DNA of 64,000 nucleotides from Alkalispirochaeta sp. GTDB taxonomy: Bacteria > Spirochaetota > Spirochaetia > DSM-27196 > Alkalispirochaetaceae. Below the pieces are notes generated by a model. That model was not told the DNA's origin. It ran no database searches and saw only the letters and a list, made by a program, of their open reading frames with translations. Location: contig OZ271854.1 of the NCBI GenBank assembly GCA_965601925.1, forward strand, positions 4,320,001 to 4,384,000, read 5' to 3'. Within the stretch, counting starts at the first letter, position 1. The number at the start of each line of letters is the position of its first letter. Both the position numbers and the translations under genes were made by a program. Shown piece after piece: positions 29,801-40,074 of this stretch.

Positions 29801-31354
29801 TTGACCACACAATACGCTTTGAGGATGAACGGTATAACCAAACGCTTCCCCGGCGTGCTGGCTTTGGACAAAGTCAGCATTGCCGTCCGCGTCGGTACGG
29901 TTCACGCCCTCATGGGAGAGAACGGCGCGGGAAAGTCAACGTTGATGAAGGTACTTTCCGGGTTGTACCAGCCCGACGAGGGCGAGATTCGTCTTCACGG
30001 TCGCCCCGTACGCGTGGGCGAGGCGAGAGCCGCTCTGGGGCTCGGTATCGCGATGGTCCATCAAGAGCTCAGCCCGATACCGGATATGACCGTTGGGGAG
30101 AACATCTTCTTGCAACGAGAGCCGCTCCATACCTTCCTTCGGATCGTGGATCGGAAGACCATGAATCGAAAGACCGATGAACTATTCCACCGTCTCGATG
30201 TGCGTATTGATCCCCGCAGGAAGATGCGACAACTGAGCGTCGCCGAGGCTCAAATGGTCGAGATCGCCAAGGCGCTCTCCTATGACGCAACGCTCATCAT
30301 TATGGATGAGCCCACCTCCGCAATTACCGATCAAGAAGTCGACAACCTTTTTCGCGTTATCCGTAGCTTCCGGAAAGACGGTATCAGCTTCGTCTACATC
30401 TCGCACAAGATGGATGAGGTATTTGAGATCGCCGACGAAATAACCGTCCTGCGGGACGGTCGCCTCATCGGCACAAATCCCGTGTCCGAGGTCGACCACG
30501 ACGCCTTGGTTCGCATGATGGTAGGTCGCGAGGTGTCCGACTACTTTCCGAAGGAGCCGACTGCGCTTGGCGACGAAGCGCTATCCGTTCGAGAGCTGAC
30601 GCGCGACGGCGAGTTTACCGACATATCGTTCTCCGTTTGCCGTGGCGAAATCTTCGGTATTGCGGGTCTCATGGGGGCGGGCAGAACCGAGCTTGCGGAG
30701 TGTATCTTCGGCGCTACAAGCGCCGATAGCGGTGAAATTAGGATGCACGGTCAAGAGCTCGCCATCACCTCCCCGTCCGACGCGATACAGCGGGGGATTG
30801 CCCTCGTAACGGAAGACCGCAAACTCAAAGGTCTCAATCTCAAGGCGTCCGTTCGAGATAATCTCACGCTCGTAAATCTCGACGAATATCTCCTGTTTGG
30901 CGGTGTCGTCAACAAAAGGCGGGAGGCTGCGGATGTAGGCCGTATGGTCGCATCGCTATCGATTAGAACTCCGTCGGCCCAACAGCTCGTGGATTTCTTG
31001 AGTGGAGGAAATCAACAGAAGGTCGTCATCGGTAAGTGGCTACTCAAGAACCCGGAGATACTCATTATGGACGAACCGACGCGGGGCATCGACGTCGGCG
31101 CAAAGACGGAAATCTACAAACTCATGAACAGCATCGTCGCGTCGGGCAAGGCAATCATCATGATTTCCTCCGAACTACCGGAGCTTTTGGGCATGTGTGA
31201 CCGGATTATGGTGATGTCCCAGGGTCGCGCGACCGCGATATACGAACGCAGGGAGTTCGATCAGGAGAAGATCTTGGCCAGTGCGATGAAACAACACCTT
31301 CGCGCTCCCGCCGAGGCCGATGATGTCGTACGCACAATAGAGGAATCACCATGA
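29801..31354 (+). CDS. Monosaccharide (CUT2) ABC transporter ATPase, RbsA-like
   Basis: GENGAGKST, two ATPase halves, LSGGNQQKV, DEPTRGIDVGAK. Confidence 0.95.
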   Translation: MTTQYALRMNGITKRFPGVLALDKVSIAVRVGTVHALMGENGAGKSTLMKVLSGLYQPDEGEIRLHGRPVRVGEARAALGLGIAMVHQELSPIPDMTVGENIFLQREPLHTFLRIVDRKTMNRKTDELFHRLDVRIDPRRKMRQLSVAEAQMVEIAKALSYDATLIIMDEPTSAITDQEVDNLFRVIRSFRKDGISFVYISHKMDEVFEIADEITVLRDGRLIGTNPVSEVDHDALVRMMVGREVSDYFPKEPTALGDEALSVRELTRDGEFTDISFSVCRGEIFGIAGLMGAGRTELAECIFGATSADSGEIRMHGQELAITSPSDAIQRGIALVTEDRKLKGLNLKASVRDNLTLVNLDEYLLFGGVVNKRREAADVGRMVASLSIRTPSAQQLVDFLSGGNQQKVVIGKWLLKNPEILIMDEPTRGIDVGAKTEIYKLMNSIVASGKAIIMISSELPELLGMCDRIMVMSQGRATAIYERREFDQEKILASAMKQHLRAPAEADDVVRTIEESP

Positions 31355-32298
31355 CACCACGAGAGATGGCAAACACTGCCAAAAAATACGGAATCTATAT
31401 CGGTTTTTTTCTTTTATGTATCGTATTGGCGATTCTCTCACCGACCTTTCTCAATCCACGGAACATCGTCAATATCCTTCGTCAGACATCGATAAACGGC
31501 GTGCTTGCGATCGGGATGACCTTCGTCATTATTACCGGCGGCATCGATTTGTCGGTGGGCTCCGTCGTCGCCCTTTCGGCCGTTATCTCGGCGACATTTG
31601 CGCAAGAGGCCAACGGTCTTCCGTTGGTCGTCCCCGTGTTTATGGCTTTACTTGTTGGCTCGACCTGCGGCCTCACGAACGGCTTGTTGATCGCGAAGAC
31701 GCGAATAGCCCCGTTCGTCGCGACCCTTGGAATGATGACGATCGCCAGAGGGCTGGCTCTTGTTACCTCCGCCGGTAGGCCCGTCATCAGTCTTTCGGAG
31801 AGCTACCGAATCTTAGGACGAGGCACCTTCCTCGGCATGCCGGTCCCGGTACTGCTCTTTCTTCTCGCCCTCGGCACCGGTTACTTCGTATTAACCCAGA
31901 CCCGATTCGGCCGCCACGTCTACGCGCTCGGCGGTAATGAGCTGTCGGCCAAGTATTCCGGCGTCCGCATAACTCGCGTGCAAATACTCGTCTACGTTAT
32001 CTCGGGATTCACCGCCGCCATATCCGGATTGATCCTGTCGTCTCGTGTCATGTCCGGTAGTCCGGTGGCCGGCGTAGCGTATGAGCTCGACGCAATCGCG
32101 GCGGTGGTTATCGGCGGGACGAGTCTTTCGGGAGGCGTCGGTTCCCTCATCGGCTCGTTCGTGGGGGCGCTCATGATCGGCGTTATCAATAACGGGCTCG
32201 ATCTCCTAAACGTCTCCTCGTATTTCCAGCAGATAGTAAAAGGAGTAATCATCATCCTCGCCGTCGTCCTGGACCAAAGAAGCCATCAAAAGCAGTAG
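31351..32298 (+). CDS. Monosaccharide ABC transporter permease, RbsC-like
   Basis: GGIDLSVGS and YELDAIAAVVIGGTSLSGG motifs. Confidence 0.95.
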   Translation: MTPREMANTAKKYGIYIGFFLLCIVLAILSPTFLNPRNIVNILRQTSINGVLAIGMTFVIITGGIDLSVGSVVALSAVISATFAQEANGLPLVVPVFMALLVGSTCGLTNGLLIAKTRIAPFVATLGMMTIARGLALVTSAGRPVISLSESYRILGRGTFLGMPVPVLLFLLALGTGYFVLTQTRFGRHVYALGGNELSAKYSGVRITRVQILVYVISGFTAAISGLILSSRVMSGSPVAGVAYELDAIAAVVIGGTSLSGGVGSLIGSFVGALMIGVINNGLDLLNVSSYFQQIVKGVIIILAVVLDQRSHQKQ

Positions 32299-32366
32299 CC
32301 GCACGGAGTGGGAGAAAAGAACGTATCGTTGATACGTGAAAAACGACCTTGAACAAGGAGACGGGT

Positions 32367-33299
32367 ATGAGAAGGACAATGTTGTTGCTGCCGATCCTCG
32401 TGTACGCATCGATGGCGGTGCTCGCGGGGGGGCAAGGAGAAGGCACCGATGACGACACCGTCAGGATTGGTGTCGCGTATCAGAACCTTCAGAACGAGTT
32501 TATCATCAATATCCAAGATGGTATGCGTGCGAAGGCCGAAGAACTCGGCGTGGAACTACTCGAAGCCGACGGGCGCGGACAGGCGGAAAGCCAGATCTCT
32601 CAGGTCGAACTGTTTCTCACGCAAGCCGTCGACGCGATCGTCCTTAATCCGTTTGATCGCGACGGGAGCGCTCCGGCGGTCGATCTTGCCGTTGAGGCGG
32701 GTATACCGATCGTAGTGGTGAACGCTCTCGTATCCAACATCGATCGAGCGACCGCCTACGTGGGCTCAAACGACGTCGTAGCCGGCAGAATCGAGGCGCA
32801 GTACATCGCGGACCTTCTCGAAGGCCAAGGAAATGTCGTTATTATCCACGGTCCATTCGGTCACTCCGCGGAAATTCAGCGTACCGAAGGAAACAGAGAG
32901 GTGCTCGACCAATACCCCGGCATCGAGATCGTCGCGGAGCAAACCGCAAACTGGGACAGAGCGGAAGCGTTGGAGCTCACCGAGAACTGGTTGACCTCGG
33001 GTATGGAAATAGACGCCATTATCGCCCAAAACGACGAAATGGCTCTGGGAGCCTTTGTCGCCGTTGAAGCCGCCGGCCTCGCCGACGAGGTGTTCGTGAT
33101 CGGCATCGACGCGATTCCCGACGCCTTGCAGTCGGTAGGCCGCGGTGAGCTTGCCGCAACCGTATTCCAGGACGCGAGGGGGCAAGCGGCAGGCGCACTT
33201 GAGTTGGCGTACCGGGCTGCGATGGGCGAGGAGGTGCCGACATTGCTGGATATTCCGTTCATCCTCGTGACTCAAGAGAACCTCGCCGATTTCATGTAG
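32367..33299 (+). CDS. Monosaccharide/polyol ABC substrate-binding protein
   Basis: RbsB-like fold motifs (ANWDR, AQNDEMALG, VIGIDA); signal peptide; AAGGAG SD. Confidence 0.92.
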   Translation: MRRTMLLLPILVYASMAVLAGGQGEGTDDDTVRIGVAYQNLQNEFIINIQDGMRAKAEELGVELLEADGRGQAESQISQVELFLTQAVDAIVLNPFDRDGSAPAVDLAVEAGIPIVVVNALVSNIDRATAYVGSNDVVAGRIEAQYIADLLEGQGNVVIIHGPFGHSAEIQRTEGNREVLDQYPGIEIVAEQTANWDRAEALELTENWLTSGMEIDAIIAQNDEMALGAFVAVEAAGLADEVFVIGIDAIPDALQSVGRGELAATVFQDARGQAAGALELAYRAAMGEEVPTLLDIPFILVTQENLADFM

Positions 33300-33312
33300 A
33301 CGGGACGAACGA

Positions 33313-33344
33313 GCATAACAGTCAGCTGCCACTGACTGTTATGC
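33313..33344 (+). other. Perfect 13-bp stem-loop after the binding-protein gene (probable mRNA stabiliser)
   Basis: GCATAACAGTCAG-CTGCCA-CTGACTGTTATGC; no U-tract. Confidence 0.7.
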
Positions 33345-33381
33345 CGCTCTTGAGAAACGACATTCGATACGGGGTATGTGT

Positions 33382-34590
33382 ATGAAACGTCAATCTCTCT
33401 CCGGAAAAGTAACCGGGGTGTTTAATCAGTTCAAGGGGATCTTCAGACTTATACCGAACTTCGTCCCCAGACGATTTGCCCGCTCGGGGCATCGACTAAG
33501 GCTCCATCCCCACGACTACTATGCGCTGGGAACGAAGCGGGGTTCCATCAAAGAGCGTTGGTTCTCGTCGGTGATTCCGGCGATGAACGGCCCTCTCGCA
33601 CCCGAAGACGAGGGGCTCAGCTATGTGTCCGCCTCGGACGATCCAACTGACCGGTTTCAGCTCCGCGAAGCGGTCGATATTTTGGGGGCCGAGCTGATCG
33701 GCGCCGAACTGTACGAGAAGTATGGAACGTGGCCGATGTACTCGAAGTTTTTCGACTACGGTACGCCGCTCTTTCATCACCTCCACTTGGACGACGCGAA
33801 AGCCGCGCTCGTCGGTCGGCTCGGCAAACCGGAGGCGTACTTTTTTCCACACCAGCTCAACAACCATCTCGGTGAGTTCCCCGTCACCTATTTCGGGTAT
33901 GATCCGTCGGTAAGCATCGATGAGGTGCGCAGACGCCTCTTGGCCTTCGAGGAGGGCGACAACCGCATTACGGAACTGTCCCGAGGCTATCGGATTCAAC
34001 TCGATACGGGGTGGTATACGCCGCCGGGAGTGGTACACGCGCCGGGCTCCGTTCTCACCTATGAGCCGCAATGGAACTCAGACGTCAACTCGGTACACGA
34101 AAACGTGGTTTCCGGCGAAGTGTATCCGTACGATTTTCTCGTCGAGAATGTACCGGAAGGTAAAAAGGAGAGTATCGAGTTCGTCATGGATCTCATGGAC
34201 TGGGATAAAAACATCGATCCGCACTATCGCGAGCACTACTTCCGGCCTCCGGTACGAATACCGAACGACTCCCCCGACATTCACGAAGAGTGGATCGTGT
34301 ACGGGAACGACTACTTCGGAGGCAAAAAGCTCGAAGTAATGCCGGGCAAGTCGGTGGTGGTCAAAGACGCAGTCGCCTTTGGTTGCATCGTCATTCAGAG
34401 CTACGGAGGCTTCGGTCCGTATCTCGCGGCTGCGGCGGGGACTTTACGCTTCGGAGGTCTCAGTAACGACGAGTATTTCGTCAGCGAAGCGACGGCGCGC
34501 GATGGTTTCACGATACGAAACGATAGTCCGTTCGAGCCTATGGTGATACTCAAACACTTTGGCCCGAACCACCCAGACATGCCGCGATAG
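33382..34590 (+). CDS. Uncharacterised cupin, phosphomannose-isomerase type I-like; candidate sugar isomerase
   Basis: SKFFD...LFHHLH...GKPEAY...VHAPG resembles the PMI-I metal ligand set (Q/H-x-H, KPE, HA); sits inside the sugar operon. Confidence 0.6.
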   Translation: MKRQSLSGKVTGVFNQFKGIFRLIPNFVPRRFARSGHRLRLHPHDYYALGTKRGSIKERWFSSVIPAMNGPLAPEDEGLSYVSASDDPTDRFQLREAVDILGAELIGAELYEKYGTWPMYSKFFDYGTPLFHHLHLDDAKAALVGRLGKPEAYFFPHQLNNHLGEFPVTYFGYDPSVSIDEVRRRLLAFEEGDNRITELSRGYRIQLDTGWYTPPGVVHAPGSVLTYEPQWNSDVNSVHENVVSGEVYPYDFLVENVPEGKKESIEFVMDLMDWDKNIDPHYREHYFRPPVRIPNDSPDIHEEWIVYGNDYFGGKKLEVMPGKSVVVKDAVAFGCIVIQSYGGFGPYLAAAAGTLRFGGLSNDEYFVSEATARDGFTIRNDSPFEPMVILKHFGPNHPDMPR

Positions 34591-34621
34591 GGCACGGAGC
34601 GACACACATGGGGAAGCATCC

Positions 34622-36130
34622 ATGAATCATTGTATCGGCATCGACATCGGAGGAACGACCGTCAAGGCGTCGGTTTTCGACCTTGCGGGGACCGAGCTCG
34701 GAACCGCAAGCGCCCACACGCCCGTTGCGACCGACGAGGTGGGCAAGGTCGAGCGTGATCTCACCCTCACTTGGAAGGCTATTGTCGACGTCGTGATTCG
34801 GGCACGTGAACGCGCTCGCGTAGCGGCCTCCTCAATCGCATTTGTCTCAACGACGGGACACGGAAAAGGGGCATACCTCCGGTTCGCGGGCGACGAATGG
34901 CCCTCGGTTGGGATCGTTTCGAGCGACAATCGCGCCCGAGCGGTAGCGGAGCGTCTCGGCTCGACCGAGGAGTACAAGAAAACGATCCTCCCGAAGGTCA
35001 CGCAGCCGTTGTGGCCGGCCCACAGTTCCGCACTACTGGCGTGGCTCAGAACCGAACAGCCCGAACGCTATAAGCGCATAGATCGGGTCCTCTTTGCCAA
35101 GGATTTCGTCACGGCGATGCTTACCGGCCGCACGTGCACGGACTACACCGATGCCACGGGGAGCGGCCTTTACCGGACCCGTGACCATATGATCGATGAC
35201 AACCTACTCGATTACTTCGGCTTATCCGCGCTACGTAGCGCCCTTCCGACCGCCGTGCCCTCTCACGAGACCGTCGGCGGACTTCGAAAAGGGGCGGCGG
35301 ACGCAACGGGGCTTGTAGAAGGCACACCGGTCGTCGCGGGACTGTTCGACGTAAATGCCGCGGCGCTCGCGTCGGCCGTAAAGGCCGACGAAGAGTTGGG
35401 GTTGGTCGTCGGCACCTGGAACATTGCCGAGGCGCTCACGACGGCACCCGAGCGTTTCAGCCGTTCGTGGAATCGCATCGCGGTGCAGTCTCACTGTACT
35501 CCCGGTGAGTGGCTCATTCACGAAGGGAGTCCGACCTCGGCCGGAAACTTGGAGTGGTTTGTCCGCACCATGTTCACCAGGAGCGGAGAGAATATCTACG
35601 AGGAGATCAACCGACACGTTGAAACGACCGCCCGCGCGAGTGCCATGTTCTTTCCCTACATCTACGGAAGTCACGGTAACCTCGACGCATCGGGCACGTT
35701 TATCGGTTTGAAGTCGGGGACGACCACCGGTGAGGTTCTACGAGCAATATATGAAGGAATCACCTTTCAGCTGTACGAACACGCATCGCTCATCCGCGAG
35801 ACGGCTCCGGGCGTACGGCATCTTCGTCTCGCCGGCGGAGCAAAACGATCACGACCGTGGGTGCAGCTCATCGCCGACGTCTTCGGGCTTCCCGTATCCG
35901 TATCTCCGACCGAAGAGATCGGTGCTTTAGGAGCGGCCATGTGCGGCGCAGTCGGCGTCGGCGCGTATCGGAGCTACGCCGACGCTGTCCACGGCATGAC
36001 ACGTTTCAATGACCCGATTCAACCGAACCGAGCCGAATACGCAGCCCTCCAACGGCGCTATGAGCTGTTCCTCGCCGTGCGAGAGCGATTGTCGGATGTT
36101 TGGGAGACGTTCAATGCCTCGGTTGTCTGA
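34622..36130 (+). CDS. FGGY carbohydrate kinase, L-xylulose/3-keto-L-gulonate kinase-like
   Basis: IGIDIGGT, TGHGKG, SSDNRA, AGLFDV, SPTSAGNLEWF and LAGGA motifs (LyxK-like). Confidence 0.85.
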   Translation: MNHCIGIDIGGTTVKASVFDLAGTELGTASAHTPVATDEVGKVERDLTLTWKAIVDVVIRARERARVAASSIAFVSTTGHGKGAYLRFAGDEWPSVGIVSSDNRARAVAERLGSTEEYKKTILPKVTQPLWPAHSSALLAWLRTEQPERYKRIDRVLFAKDFVTAMLTGRTCTDYTDATGSGLYRTRDHMIDDNLLDYFGLSALRSALPTAVPSHETVGGLRKGAADATGLVEGTPVVAGLFDVNAAALASAVKADEELGLVVGTWNIAEALTTAPERFSRSWNRIAVQSHCTPGEWLIHEGSPTSAGNLEWFVRTMFTRSGENIYEEINRHVETTARASAMFFPYIYGSHGNLDASGTFIGLKSGTTTGEVLRAIYEGITFQLYEHASLIRETAPGVRHLRLAGGAKRSRPWVQLIADVFGLPVSVSPTEEIGALGAAMCGAVGVGAYRSYADAVHGMTRFNDPIQPNRAEYAALQRRYELFLAVRERLSDVWETFNASVV

Positions 36131-36983
36131 CTCCCCGCTCGGGGTATACGAAAAAGCGCTCATGGGCGGCTCGTGGCACGAGGTGTTCGAGCAAGTGAAT
36201 GAACTGGGTTTCGCCTTTATGGAAATGTCGATCGACGAGTCGGACGAGCGGCAAGCGCGACTTACATGGGGACCGGACGAATGCGCCGAGTTCGTCCGGC
36301 TCAAGATACAACACGGCGTCCGCGTTCCGTCGATGTGCCTCAGCGCGAACCGGGCCTTTCCCCTGGGAGCCGCCGATCGCACACAACGAGAGCGCGGTAT
36401 CGAAATCGTTGAGCAGGCGATCGCGCTTGCCGATACGATCGGCGTGCGGCTCGTGCAACTAGCCGGTTACGAGCGGTACTACGACGAGGAGAGCCCGGAC
36501 AACTCCCGGAACTACGTCGACTCCCTCACGCACTGTGTCTCATTCGCCGCGCGATACGGTGTTATGCTCGCCGTCGAGACGATGGATACGCAGTTCATGG
36601 GATCGATATCGCGCATCTTGTGGTCCCGAAGCCGCATCGACCCAACGCCGTGGCTCACGATTTATCCGGACTTAGGAAATCTGAGCGCATGGAACGACAA
36701 CCCGATACAGGAGCTCGAGTTGGGACTACGTACGGGCGTGATTCCCGCGATTCACCTCAAAGATACCTTACCGGTAACGTGTGAGAGCGACGGTCAGTTC
36801 CGGGACGTTCCGTTTGGAACGGGATGCGTGCAGTTTCAACCCCTCTTTCGTACACTCAAGCGACATAGTTACGTCGGGCCGTTTGTGATCGAAATGTGGA
36901 ACCGTGAGCGCAAAAACAACGATGCCGTTCGTGAAGCAAAACGTTGGATTGAAGCAATTATTGAAAGAGTCGATCGACACTGA
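36114..36983 (+). CDS. ulaE: L-ribulose-5-phosphate 3-epimerase (UlaE/SgbU family)
   Basis: GVYEKAL, EMSIDESDER, SMCLSA, QLAGY, YPDLGN, HLKD, FRDVPFG and IEMW motifs. Confidence 0.92.
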   Translation: MPRLSDSPLGVYEKALMGGSWHEVFEQVNELGFAFMEMSIDESDERQARLTWGPDECAEFVRLKIQHGVRVPSMCLSANRAFPLGAADRTQRERGIEIVEQAIALADTIGVRLVQLAGYERYYDEESPDNSRNYVDSLTHCVSFAARYGVMLAVETMDTQFMGSISRILWSRSRIDPTPWLTIYPDLGNLSAWNDNPIQELELGLRTGVIPAIHLKDTLPVTCESDGQFRDVPFGTGCVQFQPLFRTLKRHSYVGPFVIEMWNRERKNNDAVREAKRWIEAIIERVDRH

Positions 36984-37259
36984 GATGGGAATGTGTCGGG
37001 AAGGTCGATAGATGGTCCGCCGCACCCACGCACTCCTCGATATTCCCCGGTAAGGGACAACGCACGCTCATCACATTCGCAGCGCGATGTGAAGGCGTAC
37101 CACGGGTAGCGTCAATCTCCCACGGTGCGTGTTGCGGCTATCGACCGTGGCGGGAGTTTGTGACTCCCTCTCCGAGGCGTTTTCGAATAAAGAGTGACAC
37201 TTGTCGATTCCGGGGGACGGCACTACTTTATGCGGAGAATTACCGCGAAGGAGTGCACA

Positions 37260-37766
37260 GTGGCACAGATTACCCTTAAAGGCCAACCGATTAACACCTC
37301 CGGAACGCTTCCGAAAACGGGGAGTAGCGCTCCCGATTTTCGCCTTACCACCTCGGAGCTGAGCGACGTGAGCCTAGACGACTACGCCGGGAAGAAGAAG
37401 ATTCTCAACATCGTCCCGAGTCTCGACACTCGCGTATGCGCGACCAGCGCGCGTAAGTTCGACAAAGAGGTTGCGGCGCTGAACGACACGGTCTGCCTCA
37501 CCATCAGCGCCGATTTGCCGTTCGCGTCGGACCGATTCTGCAAGACCGAAGGGGTCGCAAACGTTATCACCCTCAGTGAAATGCGCGACCGCGCCTTCGG
37601 CCGCGACTACGGGTGCGAAATCGCCGACGGTCCCCTCGCCGGACTCCTTAGCCGCGCGGTCTTGGTTCTCGACGCCGATAACATCGTCGTGTATGGCGAG
37701 CAAGTCCCGGAAATCGTGGAGGAACCCAACTACGATGCGGCGTTGGAGGCGGTGAGGAACGCCTGA
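37260..37766 (+). CDS. tpx: Thiol peroxidase
   Basis: PSLDTRVCA, ISADLPFA..RFC and EEPNYDAAL motifs; AAGGAG before GTG. Confidence 0.95.
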   Translation: MAQITLKGQPINTSGTLPKTGSSAPDFRLTTSELSDVSLDDYAGKKKILNIVPSLDTRVCATSARKFDKEVAALNDTVCLTISADLPFASDRFCKTEGVANVITLSEMRDRAFGRDYGCEIADGPLAGLLSRAVLVLDADNIVVYGEQVPEIVEEPNYDAALEAVRNA

Positions 37767-37812
37767 GGAGTTCGATTGACAGCCGTCGGGGCGAAAGCTA
37801 CCATTGGCGGGC

Positions 37813-38826
37813 GTGACCGCCACTATCAAGGATGTAGCAAGAAAGGCGTGCGTCAGTACCGCCACCGTATCGAGAGTCGTAAACAACGATACTCGTATCT
37901 CGCCCTCGACCCGTCTCCGGGTGCAGAAAGCGATCGTCGACCTCAACTACAAGGTCAATACCGTCGCACGGAGCCTCAAGAGTAAGCGCACCCTCACCGT
38001 CGGGGTCGTAGCGCCGGAGATCGCCAATGTGTTCTTCATGCGCGTCGCCGAGGGTGTCGAGGACCGTCTGGGCGACGACGGCTACGCCATGATCGTCGTG
38101 AGCTCCCGAGAAAACTCGGACCGCGAAGCGCGCGCCGTGGAGTTGCTCCTCGAGAAGCAAGTCGACGGCGTCATCGTTATTCCCGCAAGCAATAAAGGCG
38201 ACCATTTGCAGGCACTTCACCGCGCCGGAGTGCCGACCGTCCTCGTCGATCGCTTGGTCGAGGGGTTCGACGCCGACGCGGTTCTCGTAGACAACGAGGA
38301 GGCGACCTATCGTGCGGTCCGGCGCCTACACGCCGACGGCCGCGACAACTTCGCCTTTATCGGCGGACAGCACACCATCACGACGGCCGCCGAGCGTTAC
38401 CGGGGATTTGTGCGGGCCCACCAAGATATCGGCCGTCCCGTGGAGGAGCGCAACGTCCGGTTCGGCGATTTTCACACTGAGAGCGGTTTTCGGCTCTTCG
38501 GAGAACTGGTCGCCCAGGACGATCCGCCGACGACGATAATGGTCGCCAACTACTTCATGCAGATCGGTGCGCTACGCTACGTGAGTCTACACCGAGACCG
38601 CGTGCCCGCGAATCTCTTCTTAGCAAGTTTCGACACGAGCGAGTTTTCCGCCGTCGCCGGCGTTCCCGGATTGTCGATCGCCCAACCGATCGATCGCATC
38701 GGACGACGCGCTGCGGAAGTCCTTCTCGGGAGAATCGGCGGCGGTCGGCACGGCCCGCCGCGTGTCGAGCGCCTTCCCACACGAATTGTACTAACCGGAG
38801 GACATAATGAGTCGTCACTCGAGTAA
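37813..38826 (+). CDS. LacI-family transcriptional regulator
   Basis: TIKDVARKACVSTATVSRV HTH plus sugar-binding-type domain. Confidence 0.92.
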   Translation: MTATIKDVARKACVSTATVSRVVNNDTRISPSTRLRVQKAIVDLNYKVNTVARSLKSKRTLTVGVVAPEIANVFFMRVAEGVEDRLGDDGYAMIVVSSRENSDREARAVELLLEKQVDGVIVIPASNKGDHLQALHRAGVPTVLVDRLVEGFDADAVLVDNEEATYRAVRRLHADGRDNFAFIGGQHTITTAAERYRGFVRAHQDIGRPVEERNVRFGDFHTESGFRLFGELVAQDDPPTTIMVANYFMQIGALRYVSLHRDRVPANLFLASFDTSEFSAVAGVPGLSIAQPIDRIGRRAAEVLLGRIGGGRHGPPRVERLPTRIVLTGGHNESSLE

Positions 38827-39385
38827 TACCCTGCATTACGCGATCCGCGTGCAAACCGGCGCATTGGCGATCGCGCTGATTACCGCCGGCGCGTTCGTCG
38901 CGATTCCCATTCCCGGTTCGCCGGTCCCGATCGTCCTGCAAAACATGTTCGTCGTTCTCGCCGGCGTGATCCTTCCGCCCGGCTGGGCGGCCCTCTCGGT
39001 AGGGGTCTATCTGCTTTTAGGGGCGGTAGGTCTTCCGGTGCTCGCCGGCGCCTCCGGCGGCCTGGCGCACTTTGCGGGACCCACGGGCGGTTTTCTGCTC
39101 GCCTTTCCACTCGCCGCCGCGCTTACCGCGGGGATCCTGCATCCGCGCGGCGTCGTTGCACCGCGCGCGATACCCGTTCTGCGGCGAATCGTTGCGATAG
39201 GAGCGGGATTCGCGGTCGTCTATCTTCTCGGCGTCCCGTGGCTCGCTCGCGTAACGAATCTCACGCTCAATCAAGCGATCGTGGCGGGGATGCTACCGTT
39301 TTTGCCCGGCGATGCAATAAAGGCGTTCGTTCTCCTCGCATTGATGCGCACGCTTCCCGATGCACTATGGCGCACCTTGTCGTAG
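38807..39385 (+). CDS. bioY: Biotin ECF transporter S component
   Basis: PVPIVLQ, GAVGLPV, GPTGGFL and PFLPGD motifs. Confidence 0.92.
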   Translation: MSRHSSNTLHYAIRVQTGALAIALITAGAFVAIPIPGSPVPIVLQNMFVVLAGVILPPGWAALSVGVYLLLGAVGLPVLAGASGGLAHFAGPTGGFLLAFPLAAALTAGILHPRGVVAPRAIPVLRRIVAIGAGFAVVYLLGVPWLARVTNLTLNQAIVAGMLPFLPGDAIKAFVLLALMRTLPDALWRTLS

Positions 39386-40074
39386 ATCGCCTCTCGGTAC
39401 GCCTGGGAGAGCCGCCGCGAACGATTCTTGAGAACGTCTCTCTCGATCTTCCACCGGGAACGATGGCCCTGGTGCTCGGCGCCAACGGAAGCGGCAAATC
39501 CGTTCTTCTACGATCGATTCTGGGCCTCCTACCTTCGTCGGACGGGGCGATCTATCTCGACCGCAAGCGACTCAAAGGGACCTTCGCCGCGCTTCATCGC
39601 CGCGCCGGCGTCTGTTTTCAGAACCCGGATATTCAACTATTCGGCGAGACGGTGGGCGAGGACCTCGCCGTCGCCCTCGGCGAAGGGGAGCGTCTTGACG
39701 ATGACCTCGTGGGACGCTTCGGCCTATCGTCGGTCTTGGACGCTCCCCCGTGGGAACTGAGCGGAGGAATGCGGAGGAGACTCGCCCTGGCCGGCGCCTT
39801 TGCCGCTCGTCCCGACGTGCTGTTCCTCGACGAGCCTTTCTTGGAGCTCGACTATCCCGCCGTCCGAGTGCTTGCGGCGGAGCTGCAACGACACTGCGGT
39901 CGGGGCGGGTCCGTCCTTCTCGCCTCCCACGACACGCGAGACATTTGGGAGATGTGCCACTGCGTCATTATCCTCAAGGACGGCGTCGTCGAATTTGCAG
40001 GCTCGCCCGGCGACGCAGCACGGTACGTGACGCCGGCGGTCGGGCTCAGACCGTTTGAGGTACACGTCGGATGA
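39367..40074 (+). CDS. ECF transporter ATPase (BioM-like)
   Basis: GANGSGKS, FQNPD, LSGG, LDEP and SHD motifs. Confidence 0.85.
   Translation: MAHLVVDRLSVRLGEPPRTILENVSLDLPPGTMALVLGANGSGKSVLLRSILGLLPSSDGAIYLDRKRLKGTFAALHRRAGVCFQNPDIQLFGETVGEDLAVALGEGERLDDDLVGRFGLSSVLDAPPWELSGGMRRRLALAGAFAARPDVLFLDEPFLELDYPAVRVLAAELQRHCGRGGSVLLASHDTRDIWEMCHCVIILKDGVVEFAGSPGDAARYVTPAVGLRPFEVHVG

Noticed and set aside
37071..37092. Imperfect palindrome TCACAT..ATGTGA sharing an 11-mer with 4932-4942
   Set aside because: Short, plausibly chance, and in the reverse order to a CRP box
28600..37190. Sugar cluster as a mobile island
   Set aside because: Looks slightly lower in GC, but no integrase, transposase, tRNA or flanking direct repeats were seen
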